A stretch of DNA of 63,917 bases from an uncultured Bdellovibrionales bacterium (GTDB lineage: Bacteria; Patescibacteriota; Minisyncoccia; Moranbacterales; GWC2-37-73): the NCBI GenBank assembly GCA_964452415.1, contig CAYVME010000001.1, positions 1-63,917 of the forward strand, in the 5' to 3' direction. Position numbers and translations under genes: made by a program. Below the pieces are notes generated by a model. That model was not told where the DNA came from. It ran no database searches and saw nothing but the letters and a program-made list of their open reading frames with translations. Below, piece after piece: positions 8,346 to 17,589 of this stretch. The stretch's first letter is position 1; every line of letters starts with the position of its first letter.

Positions 8346-9362
8346 CTATAATAAATCTTTAACGCCAATTTTTAAGATTATATTTTCAATTTCCTTTTCA
8401 TCCAAAAGTCCTGCTTGCCCGCCATATTCCGTGACTGAACTGCTACTGTTTGCACTACCCCATCTCAGTGATGTTGCCAAATCTTTTCTCTTCATGTGTG
8501 CAGCCAAAAATCCACTCGTGAAAGCATCCCCAGCCCCCGTTGAATCAACAGCTTTTCTGAGCAAGGCATCCACATGAATCATTTGATTTCCATCATATCC
8601 CCAGCCTCCATGCTCGCCATCCGTAATAACCACAGTCTTGGCTCCAAGCCTATGTAGAACTTTCAACAAATATTCTTCATTTTCAAGCAATTCCGAAATC
8701 GTATTATCCCCGAGCCCAACAACAATCTCAATCGCCTCATCCTTATTAACAAAAAACACTTCACTAACAGTTATTGCATACGCAATTTCGGAAAGACCAG
8801 TTTTGATGTTTTTTTGTCCAGGATTAAAAGCAACGCGAATTTTTTTTTCTTTTGCTATCAACAACAATTCCCTCAGATGCTCACGCCAATCCCCATTCAA
8901 TGAACTTACAAAAAACCAATGCGCATGAGAAAGTTTCTCAGCTATTATGGTCAACTTATCATTTGCATCTCTGTCTGAAAAAATAGTTCTTTCTCCGGTG
9001 CGTTGATCAACAAGAATCAAAGACAGGTCGCTCTTGCAATCTTTCTCGATTTCAAGGGCAGACACGCCAACCCCACCACTAACAAGTGTTTTCCTAATCC
9101 AATGACCAAGATCATCATCGCCAATCTTGGAATAGCATTCAGAAATTTCACCGAGCTTTGTTAGTCCCTGAGCAACATTTGCAGCGCACCCACCAAGAGA
9201 TTCAAATCTTTCCTTGACTTGATATTTTGCGCCCAACTCAAAAGCAATCTTTTTTTGCGAGGTCACATCTTCAGGAGTATCCAAAATCAAACCCTCACTG
9301 GTCGGAAAGAAAATATCTTTAGATGTGGAACCAATACAAATTATTTTATGCATTTTTATCAC
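8346..9362 (-). CDS. PfkB-family carbohydrate kinase (ribokinase-like)
   Basis: Contains LGGCAANVAQGL and the C-terminal PfkB signature VDSTGAGDAFTSGFLAA. Overlaps the eno stop by 4 nt. Confidence 0.75.
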   Translation of the reverse strand: MIKMHKIICIGSTSKDIFFPTSEGLILDTPEDVTSQKKIAFELGAKYQVKERFESLGGCAANVAQGLTKLGEISECYSKIGDDDLGHWIRKTLVSGGVGVSALEIEKDCKSDLSLILVDQRTGERTIFSDRDANDKLTIIAEKLSHAHWFFVSSLNGDWREHLRELLLIAKEKKIRVAFNPGQKNIKTGLSEIAYAITVSEVFFVNKDEAIEIVVGLGDNTISELLENEEYLLKVLHRLGAKTVVITDGEHGGWGYDGNQMIHVDALLRKAVDSTGAGDAFTSGFLAAHMKRKDLATSLRWGSANSSSSVTEYGGQAGLLDEKEIENIILKIGVKDLL

Positions 9363-10654
9363 TTTAATTCCTGCTCTATTTTCATAAGTCTATTGTATTT
9401 GCAAAGTCTTTCACCTCTGGAAAGAGAACCTGATTTGATGAATTCCGCAGCAGTTCCAGCGGCCAAATCAGCAATGAAATCGTCCGTTGTTTCTCCACTC
9501 CTATGAGAAATCATGATCTTTAATTTATTTTTCTTGGCCAAACGGATACATTCAAGAGTCTCAGAAAGACTTCCGATTTGATTAACCTTAATAAGAACGG
9601 CGTTGCAAGCTCTCTCCTTGATTGCACGCTCAACCTTTCTTGGATTTGTCACCAACAAATCATCTCCGACCAACAAATTTTCACCTAGGACATTTTTTGG
9701 AATCCCAGGTAAGATTTGCTTGCCGGCAATTTTTTCAGTCAAAATTCCCCAGCCCTCCCAATCATCCTCCGTCAAACCATCCTCAATTGAAACCACATGA
9801 TATTTATCAATCCATTCTTTGTACATACTAATCAAGCGTTCTCGTTCCAATTGGGCACCTTCTGGCTTCAAGATGTAATGCTTTTCTTGTTCGTCATAAA
9901 AATTTGTGGCCGCAGCATCAATACCAAGATTTATTTGTGTTCCCAATTCATATCCACCTTCGGTTATTGCCTGATTAATAAGTTCCAGAGCTTGAATATT
10001 ACTTTCCAGTTTTGGAGAAAAACCACCCTCATCACCAACACCACTACTATGATTATTAGCTTCAAGTATTTTTTTCAAGCGATGAAAAACTTCACTTCCA
10101 GCTCTTAATTGTTCAGCAAAAGATTTGATTCCGGTTGGAATAACCTTGAATTCTTGAATGCTTAATCCACTATCACTATGCATGCCACCATTAAGAACAT
10201 TAAACATCGGAACTGGAATCTTTGGCTTGACTCCAAGTCTTGAAATTTCATTGATATATTGATAAAGTGGAATTTTTTTTGTCATGGCCACCGCGCGACA
10301 AACTGCCAATGAAACACCCAAAATTGCATTAGCGCCAAGATGAGATTTGTTTTCCGTTCCATCAAGCTGAAGCATGATTTCATCAATCTCATGTTGCGAG
10401 CTAGCATCTTTTCCAATGAGCGCATCCCTGATAAGAGTGTTAACATTCTTCACAGCAGTAAGCACACCCAATCCGCCATATCTATCCTTGTCACCATCTC
10501 GAAGTTCCAAAGCTTCAAATTTTCCAGTTGAAGCTCCCGATGGAACAGCCGCCACAGCGATGTGACCACCACTAAGCGAAACTTGGACTTCTATTGTTGG
10601 ATTGCCTCGAGAATCCAGGATCTCCCTGGCAATAATATTTGAAATTTTTAACAT
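9359..10654 (-). CDS. eno: enolase
   Basis: IIAREILDSRGNPTIEVQV...SGASTGKFEALELRDGD...IKVNQIGSLSETLECI...SHRSGETTDDFIADLA. Start probably MLKISN (10654) within ORF 9359..10693. Confidence 0.92.
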   Translation of the reverse strand: MLKISNIIAREILDSRGNPTIEVQVSLSGGHIAVAAVPSGASTGKFEALELRDGDKDRYGGLGVLTAVKNVNTLIRDALIGKDASSQHEIDEIMLQLDGTENKSHLGANAILGVSLAVCRAVAMTKKIPLYQYINEISRLGVKPKIPVPMFNVLNGGMHSDSGLSIQEFKVIPTGIKSFAEQLRAGSEVFHRLKKILEANNHSSGVGDEGGFSPKLESNIQALELINQAITEGGYELGTQINLGIDAAATNFYDEQEKHYILKPEGAQLERERLISMYKEWIDKYHVVSIEDGLTEDDWEGWGILTEKIAGKQILPGIPKNVLGENLLVGDDLLVTNPRKVERAIKERACNAVLIKVNQIGSLSETLECIRLAKKNKLKIMISHRSGETTDDFIADLAAGTAAEFIKSGSLSRGERLCKYNRLMKIEQELK

Positions 10655-10699
10655 ATTTTTTATTTTATTATATTTTTTTATAACTACCGACAACTAAGC

Positions 10700-11311
10700 T
10701 TAGATATTCATACGAAACCAGAAAAACATATGCTCCAATGGATTGTAAGTAACCAAAAACAATAGAACCATTAAATAATAAACTGTTAAATATTTTAGAG
10801 TTACAAAATATTGATCACAATCAGTAAACTTAACTTCAATATCTTTCAATAGCATTTTCCTTGCCTCCAAGATGAAATTAACATGCACCAGGGCAACCAC
10901 CAAAACAGAAAAAATTGATAGTTGAGTGGCAATTAAAATATCAGCACTATACAAGAAAAATATCCCAAAGAAAAATAAAGGTAGGATCCAAAAGGTCTGC
11001 TTATCCCAAAAAGAATTCTCTTGTTTGAAATTTTTAAAGCTTGTTATATATAAGATTGGGATAAAAATAAAATTGAGCAAAATTCCAATCGTAAAAACAA
11101 TAAATGTAACCCAACTAAATTTTCCAAAATAACTTCCGGGAGCTATGATATTAAAATTATTCAAAAAAATAAGAACAACACCAAAAAAAAGCAAAGATTT
11201 AGAGAAAAACAAAGCAAGAAACGAAGTAGCATCCGTAGCTTTAATTTGATTCAGGTATATTCGCTTATTAAACAAGGAAGAGTTTCCACCAGTAGGCCCA
11301 AAATTAACCAT
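10700..11311 (-). CDS. hypothetical polytopic membrane protein
   Basis: 203-aa ORF with about 5 hydrophobic helices; no recognisable motif. Confidence 0.5.
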   Translation of the reverse strand: MVNFGPTGGNSSLFNKRIYLNQIKATDATSFLALFFSKSLLFFGVVLIFLNNFNIIAPGSYFGKFSWVTFIVFTIGILLNFIFIPILYITSFKNFKQENSFWDKQTFWILPLFFFGIFFLYSADILIATQLSIFSVLVVALVHVNFILEARKMLLKDIEVKFTDCDQYFVTLKYLTVYYLMVLLFLVTYNPLEHMFFWFRMNI

Positions 11312-11386
11312 ACTTTTTTGTTTTCATTATAAATTCTTCACCTCTGCAATTATAACACAAAATACATCATCAACCCAAACAAAAAG

Positions 11387-12433
11387 CTATTCTACTTTTA
11401 ATGATTCTATTCCAGGCATCAAATTTCCACTCAAATACTCGAGCATTGCCCCCCCGCCTGTTGAAACAAAAGAAATGCTTCCCATTAAATTATTTTCTTC
11501 AAGAACTTGAACGGATTCTCCTCCACCGATAACCGTGAACATATCACCATCAGCAATAATATCCAAAACTTGTCTGGTTCCTTTGTCATATGGAGACTCC
11601 TCAAATTTTCCCATTGGACCATTCCAAACAACCATTTTTGAAGTTGAAATAATTTCCTTGAATCTCTGAATTGTTTTTGGTCCAATATCAAGCCGATCAT
11701 TGGCAAAATCAATCGGCAAAATAACCTTGGAAGAAAATTCCACTTTTTGATCAATAGCTTCATTGGCAACCCTTCCTCCAACCAAGATATAATCATAAAT
11801 TTTTTCAAATTTTTGAATCAAAGGAAGTTTGGTTTCAATTTTTGCTCCCCCAATCACCGCCACCGCTGGATGCAAAGGCTCATGAATTAATTTGCTCAAA
11901 TTTTCAATTTCTTTTTGGAGCCATATTCCAGCATAACTTGGCAAAAATTTTGCCACACCAGTCACTGAGGCCTGATTGCGATGACAAACACTAAAAGCAT
12001 CATTCACAAAAACATCAAAATTTTCTGAAAGTTTCCTAGAAAAATCTGCGTCATTTTTTTCATCACCATCATGAAATCTCACATTTTCCAAAAGCAAAAT
12101 TTCTCCTTGGTTCAAGTTTTCCAATGCTTCTTTGACTTTTTCTCCAATACAATCATCAATGAAAACAATTTTTCTGCCCAAGATATTTTCAAGCTCATCT
12201 TTCACTTGCGCCAGTGAGAATTCAGCATCAACCTTTCCCTCTGGCCTTCCAAGATGAGAACAGAGCGCAATTCTTGTTCCAACCTTTTCAACCAAAAAGT
12301 CCACGGTTTTTTTGCAAGCTTCAATTTTAAATCTTTCTTTCACATTCCCCTCTGATATTGCCACATTAAAATCAGCACGAATCAAAACTTTTTTATTTTC
12401 AACTTCTGCATCCTGAATTTTTTTCATTTCCAT
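11387..12433 (-). CDS. pgk: phosphoglycerate kinase (short form, 348 aa)
   Basis: KKVLIRADFNVAI...CSHLGRPEGK...FVNDAFSVCHR...STGGGAMLEYLSG. Confidence 0.85.
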   Translation of the reverse strand: MEMKKIQDAEVENKKVLIRADFNVAISEGNVKERFKIEACKKTVDFLVEKVGTRIALCSHLGRPEGKVDAEFSLAQVKDELENILGRKIVFIDDCIGEKVKEALENLNQGEILLLENVRFHDGDEKNDADFSRKLSENFDVFVNDAFSVCHRNQASVTGVAKFLPSYAGIWLQKEIENLSKLIHEPLHPAVAVIGGAKIETKLPLIQKFEKIYDYILVGGRVANEAIDQKVEFSSKVILPIDFANDRLDIGPKTIQRFKEIISTSKMVVWNGPMGKFEESPYDKGTRQVLDIIADGDMFTVIGGGESVQVLEENNLMGSISFVSTGGGAMLEYLSGNLMPGIESLKVE

Positions 12434-12549
12434 AATGAATTATTTTTTTATTATTGTAAAAGTTTTGCTATGTAGCATGTTACGCAGCAAATTACGTAAT
12501 TTTTAATTCGGAATTATTTAGAAATTAGAAATTTGCACGAAGTGCATTT

Positions 12550-13692
12550 TCATTTCCCCATTCCGAAAATTGCAATTATAACACCAATAAGTGCTGTGAC
12601 CATGGTAAAAATCCAAGCGCGCATCACAATTTTACATTCAGGCCAACCCTTTGCCTCAAAGTGATGATGCAATGGCGCTGCCAAAAAAACCTTACGATGA
12701 AAAAGTTTTTTGCTAGTTAATTGAATAACAACACTTCCAGATTCCATCACATAAATAAAAACAATCACAAGCAAAGCCAAGGCTGAATTTGTGAGCATTG
12801 CAACCACTCCCAGCGTTGTGCCAAGTGCCATAGCCCCAGTGTCCCCCATCATGAAACGAGCAGGGGAAATATTAAACCAAAGAAATGCCAACAATGTCCC
12901 CGCGATGGCCGCGCAAAAAGATGCCAAGTCCATCTTGTTTTGAAAAAAGGCAATGATCGCAAAGGAAAGGAACGCTGAAAGCAAAACTCCGCCATTGAGA
13001 CCATCCAACCCGTCTGTCTCATTTGAAGAAACTGCAGAAAATAAAATCACGAAAATAAAAAGAGGGATGTACCAAAATCCAATATTGAAATCTCCAACAG
13101 CAGGAACATGAAAGACATCCCAGCCAAGTTTACTGAAAAACCACCAAGCACCAGCACCTGCAATCACAAAAAGCCAACCAAAACGCATTGCAAAACGCAT
13201 TCCACCACCTTTGTTTTTTCCCCAACCACGAACACTCATCACATCATCAAACAAGCCGAGAATTCCAGCAGCAATCAATGCAAAAAGTGGAAGCCAAACT
13301 TGTCTGCGACTCAAAAAATCAAGTCGTGCCAAAAAATCAACACCAAACATCTTACCAAGCCATGGAAAGATAAAATGTGAAGCAAAAACCAGAGCCAAAA
13401 CAGAAAACCACATAATCACACCTCCCATTGTTGGTGTTCCAGATTTGTGAGCATGAAGCTTACTAATAAATGTCAGTGTTTCACCATTAACATCACTTTT
13501 TTTAATCTTAATACCGATTTTATATTTATATAAAACATGCGTCCAAAGTGGCGTGATCGCAAAAGCCAAAGCAAATGCCAAAATTCCCGTAGTGAGAACC
13601 TTGAGCACATTAAGAATTTCAGGGATGGTTTGAATTTGAGCAAATTGCATGATAGTACTATGCAAATCTACGAATAAATGCCAATCCGCCAA
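12550..13692 (-). CDS. mraY: phospho-N-acetylmuramoyl-pentapeptide transferase
   Basis: KSGTPTMGG, NETDGLDGL, MGDTGAMALG, APLHHHFE motifs; about 10 TM helices. The start may be at the internal MQFAQ (13650). Confidence 0.88.
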   Translation of the reverse strand: MADWHLFVDLHSTIMQFAQIQTIPEILNVLKVLTTGILAFALAFAITPLWTHVLYKYKIGIKIKKSDVNGETLTFISKLHAHKSGTPTMGGVIMWFSVLALVFASHFIFPWLGKMFGVDFLARLDFLSRRQVWLPLFALIAAGILGLFDDVMSVRGWGKNKGGGMRFAMRFGWLFVIAGAGAWWFFSKLGWDVFHVPAVGDFNIGFWYIPLFIFVILFSAVSSNETDGLDGLNGGVLLSAFLSFAIIAFFQNKMDLASFCAAIAGTLLAFLWFNISPARFMMGDTGAMALGTTLGVVAMLTNSALALLVIVFIYVMESGSVVIQLTSKKLFHRKVFLAAPLHHHFEAKGWPECKIVMRAWIFTMVTALIGVIIAIFGMGK

Positions 13693-13761
13693 TAACTAAT
13701 GGATTTCATTTTATGTTTTCGTAATTCGTTGATTAGCATTTATTAGTGGATTAGTGTAACA

Positions 13762-14802
13762 TCACTTCCAATCATAGGAACCAAATGTCCAACTAGTCAT
13801 TGTTTTGATGTCTTGCCACCTGGTCGGATCATCCAAAACAACTGCGACAATTCTATGCTTTGTTGTTGGATCAGAAACTGCCATAAGAAGTGAATATCCG
13901 GCCATTGGCGTGAATCCCGTTTTAGCTCCAATCATGTTCGGCATTTGATCGAGCAATTGGTCCGTATTTAAAATTGTGTGCTGAATTCTTCCATCGGATG
14001 AATATACAAATGAATTACTTGGCATTCTGGAAATTTTCCAAATAGTATCAAAGCGCAAAGAATACGCTGCGATTCTGGCAATGTCATACGCTGAAGAATA
14101 ACATCCGGCCGCTGCAATTTCATCATCAAGATCAAGCCCCGATGCTGTGCAAAAATTTGAATCGCTCAATCCCAAATCTCTTGCCTTTTCATTCATCAAC
14201 TTGGCAAATTCTTCTTGGCTACCAGCAATATGCTTTGCCAAGGCCAGTGCTGCATCATTGGCACTATTCATCAGCATGGCCTGAAGCAAGTTGCGGACAC
14301 TTATTTGTTCACCGATTTTCAATCTTGGTGAAATACAATATCCACTTCTTGGACATCCAATTTTAGTGCCCTCGATGTACACAGCCTCTTCATCAATAGT
14401 AACAAGCTCGTCAAGATTTTTAACTTTTTCCATCACAAGCACAGCGGTCATAATTTTGGTCAAAGATGCAATCTGCCTTTGTTGTCTTCCATTATTGTAA
14501 TGAAAAATCGTTCCGGTGTCAGCATCAATAATCACTGAAGCGTGGGCGCCGGGAATAACCAAATCATTTATTCCCCCCTTTCGATATGGCTGATATTGAG
14601 GCATATCAACAGCTTGAGCTTTTGGCTTTGGCTTTTCAGCCTTGGCAATCTCAACACCTTTAACCAAACCTTCGATACTCTTATTTTCAACAGAAGAATC
14701 AGCCTTAACTTCGTTACCACCAACAAAACCCTCTTGAAAAACCAAGAAGGAATTTAATGGAAAAAATACTATCATCAATATTGTTGGCAAAATTGCAGCC
14801 AT
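13762..14802 (-). CDS. D-alanyl-D-alanine carboxypeptidase (peptidase S11 / PBP5 type)
   Basis: SxxK (ASLTKIMT), SxN (NSANDAA) and KTG (GAKTGFT) motifs; N-terminal signal/anchor. Confidence 0.78.
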   Translation of the reverse strand: MAAILPTILMIVFFPLNSFLVFQEGFVGGNEVKADSSVENKSIEGLVKGVEIAKAEKPKPKAQAVDMPQYQPYRKGGINDLVIPGAHASVIIDADTGTIFHYNNGRQQRQIASLTKIMTAVLVMEKVKNLDELVTIDEEAVYIEGTKIGCPRSGYCISPRLKIGEQISVRNLLQAMLMNSANDAALALAKHIAGSQEEFAKLMNEKARDLGLSDSNFCTASGLDLDDEIAAAGCYSSAYDIARIAAYSLRFDTIWKISRMPSNSFVYSSDGRIQHTILNTDQLLDQMPNMIGAKTGFTPMAGYSLLMAVSDPTTKHRIVAVVLDDPTRWQDIKTMTSWTFGSYDWK

Positions 14803-14881
14803 TTTCTAAATTTTTGATAAAATTTAATGCTAAAACATGTTCAAATTACCCTAAAAAGATCACCTTTTAAAAATAATCGAA

Positions 14882-15430
14882 CTACACTTCCTTTGCCACT
14901 GAATTGATTCTTTCATCCACTGAAAGTATACCATATTCTGGAAGTTTTTTCACATCATCAATTCCAAGCTTTTTCAGAAAATCAAATGAAATGACATAGA
15001 CATATCCTCGAGAATCTCTTGGGTTATCATTTCGCTCAATCAAGCCTCGAAGAAGCAGATTTCTCAAAGTATAGGAGCAATTAACACCTCGAATGGCTTC
15101 AATTTCCGCTTTTGAAATCGGTCCACGATACGCAATGATCGAAATCACCTCCATGGCAGCATTTGAGAGTGAGTCTTGGAGTTCATTTTTCACCAAACTT
15201 TCCACAAACTGTGCATTTTCAGGATTTGAGACAAGTTGAACTTCTTCACCCTTGGTAATTAAAGCCAGTCCACTGGAAGAATTTTGATATTTTTCAGTCA
15301 AAGCATTCAAGACATCTTCAAGTGCCTCTTTTTCAATTGCTAAAATTTTCAATAATTTAAGCTTCTTGATTGGCTCCCCACTAACAAACAAAATGCTTTC
15401 AATGACTGAGATTATTTTTTCTTGCTCCAT
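14882..15430 (-). CDS. scpB: segregation and condensation protein B
   Basis: VIESILFVSGEPI...IIAYRGPISKAEIEAIRGVNCSYTLRNLLLRGLI; follows scpA. Confidence 0.8.
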   Translation of the reverse strand: MEQEKIISVIESILFVSGEPIKKLKLLKILAIEKEALEDVLNALTEKYQNSSSGLALITKGEEVQLVSNPENAQFVESLVKNELQDSLSNAAMEVISIIAYRGPISKAEIEAIRGVNCSYTLRNLLLRGLIERNDNPRDSRGYVYVISFDFLKKLGIDDVKKLPEYGILSVDERINSVAKEV

Positions 15431-15456
15431 ATTTTTGAATTATAACATTATAAACT

Positions 15457-16182
15457 TTATGAATTTTTCTGATCTTTGTGTTTCAAATGAATCTCACTGA
15501 ATAACTCACCTTGCTCAACATGAATTATTCTCTGCTTCACCAACTCAAGCATGGCCAAAAATGAAACCACCACTTCAACCTTATCTTTTGCATTGGCAAC
15601 CAATTGTGAAAATGAAGTGGTCACGCGCTCCCTGAGAGTTTCTTGCAAATGTACAATCCTGTCTTCCAAAGTCAAAACTTCTTTCACCATTTCTTCCTCC
15701 AACTTTTCCACAATTGGAATTTCTCCCAAAACTTTTTCAAAAGCTTTTTTCAAATCGGAAGCTTCAATATTTTCTGGTGGATAAAAAACACTCCCCAACC
15801 CCAAAAATCCTTCGCGAGAAAAACAAACCTGTGGCGAATCAAAAATTTGAGCCAACCTCACAGAAGCCTCCTTGAATTTCTTGTACTCAGCCAATTGGTG
15901 TTCAAGATCCTTGATCTCCTCTTCTTCCTCTTCAGTAAACTCCAACATCGGCAAAAGAGCTTTGGACTTGATCAAGATGAGCCTTGAAGCAATCGTCAAA
16001 AAATCAGCCAGATGAGCCAGGTCAATATTTTTAGCCTCAGCGATGTATTGCAAATATTGATCGGTGATCTGCGCCAAGCTGACGCGAGTAATGTCCAATT
16101 TTTCCTGCTCAGTCAATTGCAAAAGCAAATCAAGAGGTCCTTCAAATTGTTCCAGTTTAATATGATATGCCATAGGTTTCAT
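15457..16182 (-). CDS. scpA: segregation and condensation protein A
   Basis: LEQFEGPLDLLLQLTEQEKLDITRVSLAQITDQYL...FLAMLELVKQ. Confidence 0.8.
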   Translation of the reverse strand: MKPMAYHIKLEQFEGPLDLLLQLTEQEKLDITRVSLAQITDQYLQYIAEAKNIDLAHLADFLTIASRLILIKSKALLPMLEFTEEEEEEIKDLEHQLAEYKKFKEASVRLAQIFDSPQVCFSREGFLGLGSVFYPPENIEASDLKKAFEKVLGEIPIVEKLEEEMVKEVLTLEDRIVHLQETLRERVTTSFSQLVANAKDKVEVVVSFLAMLELVKQRIIHVEQGELFSEIHLKHKDQKNS

Positions 16183-16190
16183 TTTTGCAG

Positions 16191-17414
16191 TTAAGCTCTT
16201 GCGCGTGAATTTCTCCTGCTGTTTGCAATTTCCATTTCACTTTTATTATCAACCAAATTAAACGCAGGATACAATGCCAACAAAATCACCCCCGTCAAAA
16301 AAACAAAAACAATTTTAACTGGGAAAACAACCAAAATCATCGCCGAAATCGCAGTGGCGGCAATATATGCCACACTTCGAGAAGTTCGAAAGAAGCTGAT
16401 AATGTCCATATCATCTCCATCAATTTTCTTGTAAAAATAAGAGTCTCGCAAAGTTTCAATCATGGCAGCTCCGACTCTTGTCATGAACAGAACAAATCCC
16501 CAAACCATAACCGAGTTTGTTTTCACAAACAAAATGCTGAGTGTTGAAATTGCCATCACAAACAGAGCAAAAATAATCATCTCTTTTTCTCCCAATTTCT
16601 TATCAGCAAGCAAACCAACAGGATAGTTGATAATAACAAATGGAATGAGCATGATTGTGAAAATAAGTCCGATTTGACTCCAGCTCATGCCCAAGTCAAG
16701 CAGATACAACGGCGTATACACAGTCATCATCGCATAAAAAAATTCCAGCACAAAAGAAACCCAATAAATTCTCATCAGATTTTTGTTCACGAAGATTTTC
16801 TTCACCAAATCTCGAATGGTAATGTTTCCATTGAAATGATTATTCCCACCTCGAAGTCCAATCAATCCAATCACGAAAATGACCATTGAGATGACCATCG
16901 ACAAAAAGAAAAGTCCGGAATAATCATACTGCTCCAAAATACGAGTTGAAAGAATTGGCCCAAGCATGAAACCAGCGCTGATCACCATCAAATGCAAACC
17001 CCGGATTCTTCCGGATTTTTTATCCTCAGAATATGATTCCATAATAATATCCAAAATCACATACATCAGATATGCTGTGATGATGTTTATCATTAGCAAA
17101 AATATTCCAAAGATTGATGGTTTGACCATTGTCAAAATTGCCATGGCAAAAATCTGCAAAAAGAAAAACAAAAAGAAGGTCGTGGCCTTCCCCAATTTCT
17201 TGATGATTTTGTGCATATTCAAAAGTCCGATCAGCGCAATCACATATGACAAAAAATAAAAGACACCAACATTTTCACTTCCCAATGACAATTTGAAATA
17301 TGAAGATTCAATATACACCAAGAGAGATTGCGAAAAACCAAGCAAGAAAGAAATGCCAGTGATCAATTTCAATTTTCCTTCATTGAGATTTTCTTTGTGT
17401 TTTTTGTTTGCCAT
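16191..17414 (-). CDS. MFS-type transporter
   Basis: 407 aa, about 12 TM helices in a 6+6 arrangement, with a GRIRG-like loop (KKSGRIRGLHL) between TM2 and TM3. Confidence 0.65.
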   Translation of the reverse strand: MANKKHKENLNEGKLKLITGISFLLGFSQSLLVYIESSYFKLSLGSENVGVFYFLSYVIALIGLLNMHKIIKKLGKATTFFLFFFLQIFAMAILTMVKPSIFGIFLLMINIITAYLMYVILDIIMESYSEDKKSGRIRGLHLMVISAGFMLGPILSTRILEQYDYSGLFFLSMVISMVIFVIGLIGLRGGNNHFNGNITIRDLVKKIFVNKNLMRIYWVSFVLEFFYAMMTVYTPLYLLDLGMSWSQIGLIFTIMLIPFVIINYPVGLLADKKLGEKEMIIFALFVMAISTLSILFVKTNSVMVWGFVLFMTRVGAAMIETLRDSYFYKKIDGDDMDIISFFRTSRSVAYIAATAISAMILVVFPVKIVFVFLTGVILLALYPAFNLVDNKSEMEIANSRRNSRARA

Positions 17415-17449
17415 TTTTTTATTTTTCAGTGCTTATGTGTTTGATTTTT

Positions 17450-17562
17450 ACTGCCCAGATGTTTTTCCTTTCTGGCCCATATGCAACGAGAGTGAATCGG
17501 AGCTTTTGGATATTGAGAATTTATCCAAAAGCGTGCCAGAAACGGGAAAACGGCTGGGCAGT
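17450..17562 (-). other. 113-nt rod-like structured element between the aspS stop and the MFS start (candidate 5' leader RNA)
   Basis: Perfect nested helices: actgcccag/ctgggcagt (9 bp), ttttcc/ggaaaa (6 bp), tttctggc/gccagaaa (8 bp), gcttttggata/tatccaaaagc (11 bp). They enclose a 25-nt asymmetric internal loop. Confidence 0.45.
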
Positions 17563-17589
17563 TATAAAGTTCCTCAATAGAATTTACCA

